Source: Takakia lepidozioides (taxonomy: Eukaryota > Plantae > Bryophyta). Taken from it: DNA of 64,000 nt. Both the position numbers and the translations under genes were made by a program. Shown here piece by piece: positions 12,805 through 26,087 of the stretch; positions within the stretch are counted from its first letter, which is position 1, and every line of letters begins with the position of its first letter. The DNA is taken from positions 37,324,001-37,388,000 of the forward strand of contig CM060733.1 in the NCBI GenBank assembly GCA_030704615.1. The letters are read 5' to 3'. The notes under the pieces were generated by a model. It saw only the letters and a program-made list of their open reading frames with translations. It was not told where the DNA came from and ran no database searches.

Positions 12805-15800
12805 ATGGCAACAACAGCTTGCAGATTGGCAAGGCGGGTGTTGGCCACTGAGACGCCTGTCATGGTGGAGGTATGCAAATATCCGCTCTATCTTTCTCGC
12901 GGATGTGTCTCCAGTTTGAGGTCACATAGTCAGCAGGTCAATGTATGTGTATAGACTGTTTTACAAAGTTCAAATTTCTGCTTATAGTAGTGAAACTGGT
13001 TACCTCTGTTCAGGGTGAATGCATTCTGGTAAGAATGTCCCTTCTGTATAGTAGAAGACAATCTCAGCGGACTTTACTGGGGAAGATTGGCTAACGGCCA
13101 GGACTGAATCTACATACGATACAACTGCAGAAAAATGTGGTAGTGCAGTTTTGAGTACACATGGAAAAGCCCCAAAGCTTTACGAGCGTGGCTGTTAGGC
13201 AGGCCCATACTCTCTCTTATTTGTTTGCTGTCTGTCTGTCACCGCCCTCGCTAGCTCTTGATTTTGGGATGAATTTGCGATCGGCATAGACTCCAGTGGA
13301 AGGAGACATTTGGAAGCCGCTTATTCTATATTACAGCAATCTTCATATGTAGCACATGAGGGGAGGGCCATCAATGGTCGTGAACACATTCTTCCTGCAC
13401 CTCCCCCCTTGTTTGCAGTCCTTAAGAGGGGTCTTTGGACAATTCTCATACTGATGATTACATTTGCCTTTCTGTTTCTCATATGTATGGGGCTGTTTTG
13501 TCTTAACAATTGTGTCGTGCAGATGCAGCAACTGCTGCGGGGGACAACAGACGTAATGTCATTGGCACAGGTTCGCCTCTTGTGTATCTTCAGTACACAC
13601 AACTTCACTATCTATGCAAATATGCCGCATTTCTTCACTCCCTAGTTGACCTTCACACACCAGAGAAGCTGGGACAGAGTGGTAACCACCTCTGCCCCAG
13701 CAAATTGAATGCAACATACATTCAGCTGCAATTTGCATTGGAGTTAAGCCGACTGTCAAAAGTTTCCCTTTCGTTGTCTATCATTAGTAACTTTCAGACA
13801 CCCTGGTATGAATGTTGATTGGGTGGGGCTCAGTTTTTTGAAACAGTAGAAACATCAAGTTTGTAGATTGAAGATGGGACAGTGGTATTTGTGACGTTTT
13901 GCTAGGATATATCAGTAGTGCAGCAGCTATTTTCATCTGGTATGTCATGAAATTGCAAGGATACACTGTGGGACCCTGTTCAAGGTGGTCCCTGCAAACG
14001 AAGCCCCTAGCCTGAAAACAATTCTGTCTTTAATATTGCGTTCCTCAGTACAGATTGCTTGGTCCATTACCTTCAAATCCTCATACTTCTCTGTCCACAT
14101 CTTCCCTCGCCTTTGAAGTGGTCATTTTTGGAATCTGGTCTATTAAAACAGACACCATGCAGTAGGAAAGTATTGGCTGCACTTCACTGGTTTGCTTCAG
14201 GAGCTGACATCATGTCTACTCTCTTGCTTTTTCCTGTCTACTCTTTTCTGTGCGGGCTTCTGCACATGGCTAATACAGGAAGGTCGGGCGACAGGGAGTT
14301 GTACATTGGCAGCCTCCTGAGGAAGCACTGGCCAAAGTGAAGGAAAGTGTAGATGATCCAGTCACAAGTTATTACGGTGCCGACGAAGGCCTTCCTGAGC
14401 TCCGTGCAGCTCTCTCCGAGAAGGCAATTACACCAACTCAAGATCCTCCAAACAAACAATTGCATCTGGAAACACAGGACTCATTTGCATATGTGCAATG
14501 ACTGGTCGGTTGTGGACATGACTAAACCTTGCCATTTGTTTTGCATATAAGATGTCTGCCTGTTTCTGGTGATTAACTTGTCTGTGGCTCTTATGACAGC
14601 TAAGGGTGGAAAACAAGCTGTTTAAATCCTCTATCATGGTCACAGCAGGCGCAAATCAGGTCAGTCAACCTTGCCCCCTAGTTACATTCCTTTAAATGGA
14701 ACATGTTGGGAGGATAAACTCATGTGGACCATTACCTCCAAGAGCTCCAATCTGACTTTTGCAAGGGATCAGGCTGAGAGAGAGGTCTCTTAGTCTCTTC
14801 TTCCATCCACAAGGAATCCTCAAAGTACTGTATGGCAGTGGACTTCAGGACAGGAAAGGTTGACAATTGACTATTGCGAAGTCTCAGATAACAACTCAAT
14901 ATGGCCACAAATATGTTATGCAATGCTTTTGTCAGGCCAGAGGATCTGATTCTGTACATCTGGACCGGATAGACAAAGGCTTCCACACCCGAAAGCCCAT
15001 TCCTGTGTTTACCTTGGATTGTGCAACCCTTTTTTGGTTCTCAGATGAATGGCTATATGCCTTTTCCTTCGATTGGAAGATATACCAGATGATGGTTAAC
15101 TCTGTGTGACTTCCAACTTACAAGCTTCTGGAGGAGGTTGGCAGGCATATGTGAACTTGGTGCTTACACTGTGTGATCCTGGGGACTCGGTGGTCATGTT
15201 TGTACCCTACTACTTCAATGCCTACATGACTTTCCAAATGACAGGTGTTACTGATATCATACTTGGTCCCAGTAATCCTCAAACTTTGCAGCCAGATCCA
15301 GGTAAACTCCTCACCCATCTTCATCAGATGCTTGTTTTATTTCACCTGATCACCTTTTAGGTAGTCTTTGACAGAAAGACTACACCGTGAGTTGTAATGG
15401 TGCCGCACCATCAGTGAACCCACTCGCGACACTTGCTAGTCTTAAGTCACTTCTTGAAATATTCTTTTGCTTGTTCCCTTTCGGCAAGAATGGATAGTTT
15501 GGATGGTTTTGTTGTGTATGTTTGATACTATTGACCCCCTGATATTTCACTCCGTTGTTGACATTTACAGAGTGGCTGGAACAAGTACTGAAAGAGAAAG
15601 ATGGAAAACCAGTCCCAAAGGTGGTGACCGTGGTGAACCCAGGCAATCCGTCTGGAACCTATGTGCCGGAGCCCCTTCTGCAGGTATTTGTCTTGCTCAG
15701 TGTTACCTCACCTCGGACGTGATTATTTAATCAAATTTGGTGTTCTGCTGATGGTTGTTTTACTTGCATACATGTCAGATTAGCATTCGGAAAGGGAATT

Positions 15801-17321
15801 TCTGTCAGGAGGAAAGGAATTGTGGCATACTTCAAAGCTGCGTAAGAGCTTGGGATCTCAGTTTTGAGATAGTAAAGACTGCAAGAAATGTGGTCCAAAT
15901 GCACTGTCACTCGTTTATGCTTCATTGCAAGCAATATTCCGTATTTGCTAGTGTAGTCCACAGACAAGGCATTTTGAATATAAATGCGGTCTTAAGCATA
16001 GGCAAAGCCTGGCAGTCTATGTGTGATTTTAAGAAAGGGGCAAGTGACAAGAGTGGTGTACCAAATGTGGTGTGCTGCGGGACAATGTAGGCATGACAGG
16101 GGGCACTGACCAGACTGTCATGCTATGCCATGAATGCTCTGCTTGTTTCCGTTATCAGAGAATATCAGAATTGTGCCGCCAAGCTGGGTCGTGGCTCGTT
16201 GTTGATAATACTTATGAGTATGTATCCTCCACCCCAACAAACACCTTCCCCCTTTTAGAACAACATTCATGCCCTTTTTAAATCATTCCACCTTGACATA
16301 TGTCTCGTCCAATAGGAATGTCAAGATGTCAAAGTGTTATTGTAAGGTTTCATGCCGTGTGGGCTTATTTTTCTTCTGGTATCTGCTTCTTTTTTCGCTT
16401 CCACTTGTCCATGCATGTCTTTGTTTCTGGTACCATATTGCACACTCCTTGACGGGAATTGTCCATTATGTTTTTTCTTATAGCACACTTGCATTATCAT
16501 GACTGTCCAATATATTTTTGCCTAGGCCCTCACAGATGAAGATAATCCTACTATTTGTTGCTTGGCCACAGGTACTTCATGTACGATGGACGCAAGCATG
16601 TCTGTGTTGAGGGTGATCATGTGCTCAACGTCTTCTCCTTCTCCAAAGCCTATGGCATGATGGGATGGAGGATTGGCTATGTAAGGACTACAGTCTACCC
16701 ATTTGTCATCCAAGAGCTACATTGAATGTGGTAGCGAAGGCCAGTTTATTCCTGAGAAAATATTTTTGAAATCTTGAGTCAACCTCCTGTCCATCTCTCC
16801 ATTCCTAATAAGGTTTAGTTGTGCTATCTGACATTCGTTCGTCTCACACATTGGGTTAATTGTTGCAGATTGCATATCCCATGGCTGTACAAGGCTTGAG
16901 TGCACAGCTACTGAAAGTGCAAGACAACATTCCCATTTGTGCATCCATAATTGGGCAAAGACTAGCTTTGGCATCCCTAAGGGTGGGGCCTGATTGGGTT
17001 TTGGAAAAGGTGCAAAAACTAGGGGAGAATCGAACATTGGTGATTGACGCCCTCTCTCCCCTTGGGGAGGGGGCTGTTAAGGGAGGGGAGGGCGCAATCT
17101 ATTTGTGGGCAAGGCTCCCTAGTAGTGCGGCTGATGATGTGGCGGTTGTTCGCTGGCTGGTTCAGCGACACCATGTCTGTGTAATACCTGGGAGTGCCAG
17201 TGGTGGCCCTGGGTTCATCCGGGTCTCTTATGGGGGCCTGACGGAGGAGAAATGTGGCATTGCAGCAAAAAGGCTAAAACATGGATTGGAAGAGCTTGTC
17301 AAGGATGGCATGGTTGCCTGA
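12805..17321 (+). CDS. ISS1: PLP-dependent class I/II aminotransferase, ISS1/VAS1-like. Exons 12805-12870, 13523-13570, 14295-14423, 14600-14659, 15145-15301, 15571-15683, 16159-16217, 16572-16680, 16869-17321
   Basis: TETPVMVE-MQ, SLAQGVVHWQPP, YGADEGLPELR, VTAGANQA, VVNPGNPSG, VDNTYEYF, PLP-lysine motif SFSKAYGMMGWRIGY, KVQDNIPICA. Confidence 0.92.
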
Positions 17322-18477
17322 TGCAGATGTTACTTTGTGTCCAAGTGGTGATGGAAAGTGCTGTACGTTTTGGATAACTCGATGCGCAAGCTCTAGTGTC
17401 AATGGGCCAATTAGAATTCTTTTGATTGTTTCGTGTTCTTGGATGAGAACAGACGTCCGAATTTTAGATGAGAGAAAGACAAACACATGGAATTACTATC
17501 TGATACTAATAAATTACCGGAGAGTCTATTCCAATCGGAGTGGTTTCCTTGCAACACCTGTCTGTACTGAACTATCACTCTCCCCAGACACCCAAATGCT
17601 CATTATTATCAATTGGGTGGTTAAAGACTTCTTTATTGCTTCCTAATCTTTTGAAGGAACTCAGCTTGAGAGGCAATGAAAGAAAACATCCTACATGGGA
17701 GTATCTTTTCCTATCGAGAGTGAGACTGGTGCTTAACCTCTGTACCTGTGCTGCGTTCTCCCCTCCCCCTCCCCCTCCCCCTGACAGCGAATGCTTTCTG
17801 GAGTCCTTGATTGTGCTGATCTCTTACTATTCAGGGAGCAATGCTTGGGCTCACTCCATCTCCATCCTTTGCCTTAATTTCTAGGTAGGCGAACTTGTGA
17901 GGTCTGAGTTCAAAACCTGTCTCCAGATGCCTCATGGACAAACCAATGTGAACAAGTCTACAACTACCCAAGGACTGTGGTGGCTGGTATACTTAGACCT
18001 TAAATCATGGGTTGGAGAAGGAACACTGTCAGTGTTATTGAGAACCAAAGTATGAGGATGGATGAATGGGATGCATTGAAAATTACTATACCAAGGCATG
18101 CATCCATGCTTCTTGTTTGATTGCTTTTATCTCGTTCATATAATCTTACAATCCAAAAAAAAAAGAAAAAAAAGAGCCGAATCATCCTGGCCCCTGTCCC
18201 CTGTTTATATATATATTATATATATAAAGCCCAACAGTGCAAACATCTTATGTAAATTTCAAACACTTGTCAGCTTACTTGCTACAAGAAATTGGGATCC
18301 AACTTTCCCTTTCCTTTCCTTTGGTCTGTCTGATTGACTCACATGATAGTAGTATTGCACGGTCTGGTGTGTCATGACGGTGTCCACCTTTCAGCTGGAA
18401 GGCAGTAGCCCTTGTGGTGAAGAGACACCATAAGTTAGGCTCCTTTCAGGAAGCGTTATACTTTTACTTTTATTGCA

Positions 18478-18701
18478 CCAACAGTGAGTAGCTCAGTTGG
18501 TTAGTGCACTGATTGCCACCCAGATGATTATGGGGTCAAATCCTGCTTACTGACGGGTCTCCTCCCCCTTCCCTTGGGCGGTGTCCCATCAGAAAGCGTT
18601 CACGGCGAGGTTACTATGAAAGAGGTTATTTTCTCCTCTCACTATTAAGGGGCCTGATTTGTGAGCTGTCCCTCCCAGGTATTTTCCTTTCAAAAAAAAA
18701 A
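18478..18701 (+). mobile_element. tRNA-derived SINE
   Basis: A-box TAGCTCAGTTGG, B-box-like GGGTCAAATCC, body shared with copies at ~2030 and 53746, poly(A) tail, flanking direct repeat TATTGCA (18471-18477 and 18703-18709). Confidence 0.8.
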
Positions 18702-19079
18702 GTATTGCATACTTATCAAACTATTTTGTCATACCCATGAATGGCTTCAACTACTCACTGGCTACTAATTATTAGTAGTTTAATTGTTACGGTTCTTAAG
18801 AACGCATACTCTATTCATTTCATCTAATAAATTATGTTTGAAGTCATGACATCAATTTCTGTTTACTTTTGTAGATGAAAGTGGGGTACTAGACCCCCTG
18901 GAATTTATTGAGAATTACTGAAGGGGATAAAACTAAAACCTCTGAAGGCACACAATACTGATACAAGCAGTGAGAGGGCCACAAAGCCTGGATTATTGAA
19001 GTATCCAATTTGCTTTAGATAGATCTCAACACAGGAAAAAAAATTCAAGTCTTGCAAGTCCTGTGCTTTTGGATGAAGT

Positions 19080-20000
19080 CCTACATTCCATCCGAAAAAG
19101 GGGAATTTTTTGTTTCTTTTTAACCACCCACTTCACTCCATCCGAAAAAGCAGTTTTTCCTGGTCTCGTACTCTCAGAATGAATGAAAAGCATGGGTGTC
19201 GAGACCAATGTTGGTCTGGGTTTCGCCGGGTATCAACCCGGGTCTCTCCTAACCTAACCTACTGTTCTATGTTCCCGTAAACATTTGTAGTACCCTACCA
19301 TAAGGTTATCGAGTTCCCTGACGGTCCCCCAAACCCTAACAGGTGGCGGTTAGGGTTCTCCTTTCCCCGGGCCTTACCAGAGCTCTACTCGTCTGTTCGG
19401 GTATCATGTTAATATGGGGGTTGGTATCCTATGAGATGAGAAGGTTTCCCTTGTGGTTTTCTTGAATATTCAAATGGCCGTCTGAACAATTCAAATGGCC
19501 ATTTCAATATTGAATTTGAATTCAATTTTATTTATTTATTTGAATACTAGTACCAATTTTATTTTATTACTTTTTTAATACCATATCCGAGTTCATATTT
19601 CTAGGTTATTAACATTCAGATACCATTGCTCATATCCGGATTGATTTTTTTTTATAACCACCAGGACCCTTATGGTATTTCCAATTCACGATACCATACC
19701 AACACTGGTCGAGACTCGGACGCCCACTTCACTCCATCCGAAAAGGAAAAAACAATCAAAAAGAAAAAAAGTCTACGACTAGTTTTTATAATAACATCAC
19801 TGCACTTTTCGGGTGGAGTGAACACAAGTGGGCATTGACGTCCACTGCTTTTCACTCCACCCGAAAATAGGTAGTGATGAGTTTGTTTTTCATGTTTTTT
19901 GGTACGATGCTTTGATAGAGTAAAAAGCCAAAAACAAAAACAGTTCATATACATCCAAGAGCAGCAAAAAAAAAATCATTCAATCCATCCGAAAACAGTT
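19080..20000. repeat. Repeat with recurrent (CACTTCAC)TCCATCCGAAAA motifs; host of the hAT MITE
   Basis: Motif at ~19088, 19130-19149, 19725-19744, 19850-19867 and 19984-19995; ends not resolved. Confidence 0.45.
19206..19707. mobile_element. hAT-superfamily MITE (502 bp)
   Basis: TIRs CAATGTTGGTCTGG / CCATACCAACACTG; perfect 8-bp TSD GTCGAGAC at 19198-19205 and 19708-19715. Confidence 0.9.
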
Positions 20001-20974
20001 TAAAAAACAATTTGAAAGCCAAAAATAATCCGGACCTTGTGCTGGGCTCACATGAGTCTATGTAGGCGCACATGAGGAGGCTCGTGCTATCTAGCATTCT
20101 TCGTCGGACGACAGGGGTGTACAAATGGCTCATTTGTGTCGAGCTGAGCTGCGAAGTATGATGATATGTGGCCATGTGTAGAAGAGAGTTGAGAAGTAGA
20201 TTCCCTTTTATTCTTTTCTTTTTTAAAGTAGAATACATGAGGTGGTGGGGCAACGGGCCATCCTAAGTTTTAGATCTTTCCAGAAAGAGCTGCCGCCTCC
20301 TGCGAGTGTGTGTATATATATATGAAGACCCCCCCACTATAAGGGGCCAGGTTTGAAAGGGGGTGTGAGGATTAGAGAGTGGTACAGAAACGGAGAACTG
20401 TATTAAGGCAAAGAAGAGGCCTCGAGGAGGGCCCCGAAAACTGCACACCCCATGCCATGGACATTAATACATGGATGGTGCATCAGTGGGACCAGCAGTC
20501 ATAGGCTTGGAGAAGTGTTCGTGGTAGAGGCAACCTTCTAGAAGGGTCCCACCACCCTCTGAGCATATATAAAGAGAGCCTGGGCACTCCTTCCTGCGTC
20601 TTACTAGTTACTCACTTACTACTTACTAGTACCTAGGGGGCTCTGCACACGCAGGATCCCCAAAACACAATCGCAAACCATGACATATTAAATTAATAGA
20701 AGTAGAGGGTGTGATGAATAAGGGGCAAATAGTAGCGGCGAGAGCAGGGTATGCTAAGAGCGGGCTATGAGCTAGAGGTTTGATGGGCTTTGAATATGCG
20801 CAGGCACCCAAACATTAGTATAAACCATTATTAAATCAATTGAAACGTCAATAAATACACAACGTTTCATAATACCAATACCCGTGTCATACCTGGAACA
20901 TACACATTGCTGGAAATTAAAGAATCACCTTATACCCATACACTCTGCCATTTTGCTATTTCTAATACCTTTTC

Positions 20975-21260
20975 CAGTGTTTTTTTTTTCACTTTTCCTA
21001 AATCGCAGGCAGGGCAACATATAGATTCTACCCAGTGCCCATATAGCGAGACTAACGAGGTGACCTAGTTAGAAAAGTGGCTATATTACAGGTGTCATAT
21101 TTTAACAGGTCCACGTAGGACAAATCTGGCTCCTGATATTTGACCATTGGCGCTTTCTGGCGATTTTTTAAAATTTTACTCCTGCAATTCCTTAGTAAAA
21201 ATAGCTAACCCATTTTCCAGGTCGAAATCTAGCGATTTTTTGCCAGATTAAAAAACACTG
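20975..21260. mobile_element. hAT-superfamily MITE (286 bp)
   Basis: TIRs CAGTGTTTTTT / AAAAAACACTG; 8-bp TSD ACCTTTTC versus ACCCTTTC (1 mismatch). Confidence 0.8.
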
Positions 21261-21874
21261 ACCCTTTCATACTAGGAACATCTAGTTATTATTAGAAGTT
21301 GGAATTGTTGTCCTACCCTTTTAACCCAGGTGGGTATAAAAAATAAACAATAACCGCCCAATAGTACTGGTGATAACTGGGAAAATACATCAGGAGAAAT
21401 ACATTGATGCATGGTCTCTCCTTAGGGAAAAGCCAACAATGTATGATGAATGATATCGACAGTGCTAGTACAAATGCCTCTCATTTTACAATAATAGGGT
21501 CATGAACGCAAGCGTGCGAGAAGGACGGTGGGCCCGTCGTCCGGACGGGGCGCCTCCCCACCCGCCGATGTCGCGGTCGCCCACGCCCGCCGCTGCTGCC
21601 ACGGCTGCCCCTCCCGGGGTCCGTCCACCGGCCGCTTCCGCTGCAACCAGTCCGCTGCGGCGGGTCCGCCTGTCCGCTAGTCCGCCCGCCCGTAAGATCT
21701 GGGCCATCCAGGATGAATCCCATCGCAGCCCTCCCATTTAGGGCCTTATCTATGCCGCCAGCCATCTGCCACCAGCTGTAAATGTGGGTCCTGTTTCTCC
21801 ATGCACGTTCTCCATCGTGTCTTGCGGCGCTTTCGTTGCAGGTTCTGGAGCGTGTGTTCTGCACTGTACAGGGC

Positions 21875-24800
21875 ATGGACGTAGGAGCGGAAGCCGACGA
21901 CATGCAGCAATTTGAGAGCCGGCTTATACGCCCTCTTCGACAAAGTTTGCAAACACCAAAACCAAGACCTTTCAACAATAAGGACCGCCATTGGGAGTGT
22001 GAAACGCAATATGGGCTTAGGGGGGTGCAAGTGCGTGTTAAAAAGGCCTATATACCTTGGGATAGAGTTGCGGACTTCGTCCATGGAGAGGAGAGTGTGG
22101 AGGACTGCCCCACTCAATATTGGGTACATGTGCACAGTAAAGTGGACGCCGGAGTGCGGAAAGCTCCCAGAGGAAACACCTTCTTGAGCAGTATCATTTG
22201 TGCACCATCCTCATTGTGGTTTAGGGATGTCACTGCATTGTTCTTGTGATTTGTATTTGTCTCCGACCGTGGCTTCCATAAGTCCATAGGTTGATATTTT
22301 GAATTCCATTTGATAGGTATCAATGCTGCTACGGACCCGACGACAAGCGCACGGTCAATGCAACTGTCGAGGATCCAAAACAAAAGCGTGGAGGTCCGGA
22401 TGTGGGTGTTGGCACTAAACACCCGCATAAAGGCCCAAGAAGGAAGAAGTCGGACTACGGAGAGTCGTACAAGCGCGGGTGCCTTTGTTGTTTCAAAGTG
22501 CAGCAATCTTATCTTGCCCCGGACATTTGTGTCCTCACATACTACAACAACATGGAGCACGTGGATGCCCTAGGGAAACCCTCCCATGGCAAGACCGCAG
22601 AGTTCAAGAATACACGGGCAGCCTACGCACTCTGCATTAGCAAGGAATTGAAAGCCTGGGTCGTTGAGTGTTTGTGCCGAGGCCTCACGGTTGCACAAAT
22701 CATGATGGAACACAAGGAGCACGTCATGAACAACACAGGTTTGGGAGATGCATGGACACGTGATGATTTCCTCCTCAAGCAAGATGTCTGCAACCTGGCT
22801 GAGAAACGGTCGTGGCAGACATTCAAAAAGCATGCCAACGACGCCGACAGCGTCCGCATGTGGAAAGACCTGAACCCCGCATCAGTCTTCTTCTATCGAG
22901 AAGAAACATTGGTGCCAACCTTCAAGCATTACGATGGAGATTTGACATTCACTATTGGCATTCAAACTGAGTGGCACAAGCAGAGAATGCTTCAATTGGG
23001 ACATGCGCGTATCGTTGCATGCGATGCAACCTTCGGGACAAATCACCACAAGGTACGATTCATCCCTCTTACCATTTCTGCAAATCAATTGTTCGTAGGA
23101 TGTTGCACATTGGAACCAACTGACATAGTGACATAGTGCATCTGAACAGTTCTCATTGTACACGTTGATGGTTTTCGACGAGTGGCTGACCAGTACACCA
23201 GTTGCGTACATCATATCCGCCAGGAACATGACAACAGACCTGGTGCCGTGGATGACAGCCTTGCGTGACCGACTCCACGCAGATATGCCGACCTGGCGAC
23301 CCAATGCCTTCATTGTCGATGATGCGGACGCTGAAATAAACGTTATAAGGTGAGTCTTCCATACCTCAACAGACACCCACTGTCAAAGTCCTTTGGCATT
23401 CAAGTGTTGTCATAGTGTGCTTTGACAAAGTCTGTGGCAGAGTCGTGTGTGACAGTTCCCTGAGAGACTCGCATGCGCGAGTCTGCTGGCAGATTGGACT
23501 CGGACCAAGTCGCGTGGGCAAGCCGGATTCGCCCGACCAAGTCGCTGGCAGACTTGCCTGGCCGAGTCCACCAGAAGACTCGCAGGGGCGAGTCTGCTGG
23601 CACCCTTCATGGGTCTGCTGGCAGACTTGGGAGGGGAAGTCGGCCCGCCAGACCCGTAGGCAGTGTCTTGCGACCAAGTTCGTTTAGGGGTTGGTGTGGA
23701 GTCTGCTTTGGGCTACTCGGCTGGCAAACTCGCGTGCGCAAGTCCGCTGGCAGACTCGACTGGGAGAGTCCGCTGCACACTCGTGTGGGCGTGTCCGCTT
23801 GCAGTCAACGGGCCGAGTCCGCTGGTAGACTCGCCAGGCGGCGTCCGGCACAAGACTCGCAGGGCCGAGTCCGCTGGCACGCTTCATGGGTCTGCTAGCA
23901 GACTTGGGAGGGGAAGTCAGCCCGCCACACCCATAGGCAGTGTCTTACCACCAAGTCCGTTGGTGTGAAGTCTGTTGGAGGTCTCCAGCACTCAGTTGGT
24001 GTCCACCGACAATGGGGGGGTTCACTCTGAAGTGCCTGATGTGGATGTGTTATGTGCAGGGTTGCTTTCAAATGAGTCCTCATTTTCCTGTGCCTTTGGC
24101 ATGTCCGCAAGGCATGGGTAAAGCAATCATGCCAGAAGACCAAAGATCTCGTCACTGCAGCAAACGTGTTGAAGGATATGGGAGATCTCATGTACTGTAG
24201 AGGTGGACCAAGCAATCCCAAAAAAACGCTTCTATGGGTTGCCAAAACAATCAGGGACATGAGAAAGAAATATCGGAATGCCCGGGAATTTTTAAAGTAC
24301 ATCGACGAGGAATGGTCTCCTAAAATAGCAATGTGGTGTACTGCTGCTCGTCATGTTCCACATGCCAGTCAAGACACAAATGCTAGCATTGAGGCATACC
24401 ATGGAAACTTGAAGGCTAGACTAATGATGGGGAAAGACAAAATGATTGGTCGAAGAGTCGATTGGCTAATATGGGAACTCACGGGCCGTGTGCTCACACA
24501 CTACTGGTATGCAATTCATTTGAAGATGCATGGGTTCATACGCAATGACAAACATGAAAAGTACATATCTAGCTCTGTGCTAGCGGCCAGGGACATTCCA
24601 ACGAGCAATGTGACTCTACCCTTGATGGAAGGACAACCAGCGTATGTGCTAAGCAGCAATCACCCAGACACAACCTACATTGTTTACAACCCTGGATCGG
24701 ATTGGGCTTTTTGCAGTTGCCCATGGGCAATGAAAGGCAATTTTTACAAACACCAAGTGAAAGTACTGAAATTGCTTCATCCCGACTTGCAGGATAGACT

Positions 24801-25224
24801 CATAGTGCGTGCATGTGGCACGGCGCTCGGAACCATACATGGAGGATTGCATAATCTGATGTTGGATGAAACGACTGTCGCAGGGGAGGTTGGTGCGATG
24901 GACAGACCTGTGGAGGATTGTGACTTCGCACCCCTCGAGGAGCCCGCCTACGTCCCACTGAGTATGGCCGAAGAATGGTCAGATATACTTCGTATTGTGG
25001 GTGATGACAAGTACCTCGAGACACATGTGTTGTAGTGCCTTCGAATTTGTAGAGGGCAGCTTATTGATATCCTGGCCAAAAGTGCTGCTGGGATGCTACA
25101 TCCTCGTGCAGCAAAACCTTTCCGACCTATTGACGACAATAATAATTTGTCTCTGAAAAGAAAGAGGGATTTTGTCGTAAGCATGGAAAACCCGACCCAG
25201 AGTCTTGCGGAGAACGCGCGATAG
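21875..25224 (+). pseudogene. MULE transposase with SWIM zinc finger; exons approx. 21875-22198, 22317-23052, 23150-23349, 24060-25224
   Basis: IPWDRVADFVHGEE..CPT, YQCCYGPDD, KRGCLCCF, FTIGIQTEW, CDATFGTN, FIVDDADAE, LCLWHVRKAW, TNASIEAYH, SWIM CSCPWAMKGNFYKH (third Cys changed to Tyr); premature TAG at 25033-25035. Confidence 0.88.
23420..23990. repeat. Intronic array of GTCTGC-NN-GCAGAC palindromes with a ~110-bp direct duplication (about 23572-23683 and 23850-23961)
   Basis: Repeated GAGTC(T/C)GCTGGCAGACT units; perfect palindrome GTCTGCTAGCAGAC at ~23890. Confidence 0.85.
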
Positions 25225-26087
25225 GGTGTATGCCCCAACACCTGCAACGAAAATATACTCTAGAATTGTTAAGGTTTCAGACCGTTGGGGCGGGACCCAA
25301 GTAGACAACATACTCACACAGCAAAACAATGTTATGCCATCATATTCCATGCAGAGAAATAAAGGTCCACAATCTGCTTGAGAGTGCATACGTGTTTGCA
25401 TCATTAACAGCCTGGAAGTGCATTCCAAAAGAGTTCAGAGTGCCCCACCGTCCAGTTGCGGAAGACTAGGCATTCTGCTCAACAGACCGCGGAAATTGCC
25501 AAACAGACTACTAAGCAGACTGCACAAGTACAAAATAACACTGCCAAGTCTGCTAATGGTTTTCGTCTAACTCAACACAAAAACAGTCTTGGCCCAATAC
25601 ACTGCGTAGTCTGCAGAGCCCAACAGACATACAGTATGGATAGACTGGGTGGTTTTCTGCACTGTCCACCGAACTGCTCCCACGGAGCGTACTCACCCAG
25701 ACACGGAGCCCAACTGCACGCATATACACTATGCATCAAAGTGCCACCCACTCTGCCGAGTAGACTGATGAGCGGTCAGCAGATTGCGCGACGGACTTCT
25801 CAGCATGCAACAGACTAGCCGGCAGACTGCTCAACGGCCAGCAGGCTGCGCGGCAGACTGGTCAAACAGACGGAGACTATTGTAGTCTGCTAACAGTAGT
25901 TAATAGTAGAACCAAGTAGTCTGCTCAAGTGAGGACGTAGGGTGGTTGTCTACTGAACTGTATTGTTCGGCCATTGTACGACTTCTTTTTATAAACTTGC
26001 ATAGGTGGGAACAGTATGAGTGCATGTAGACCTTCATCTTAGAAAATATTACATACATTCAGAATGTGAATTGAAACAACAATGAAT

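Noticed and set aside
18478-18560. tRNA gene (also at 1620 and 53750)
   Set aside because: A/B boxes are present but there is no closed cloverleaf; each continues into a shared body with poly(A) and, for two copies, a TSD, so they are SINEs.
23420-23990. CRISPR-like array or real ORFs (23415-23968) in the palindromic repeats
   Set aside because: Eukaryotic intron, irregular spacing, no unique spacers or cas genes; the ORFs are by-products of GC-rich repeats.
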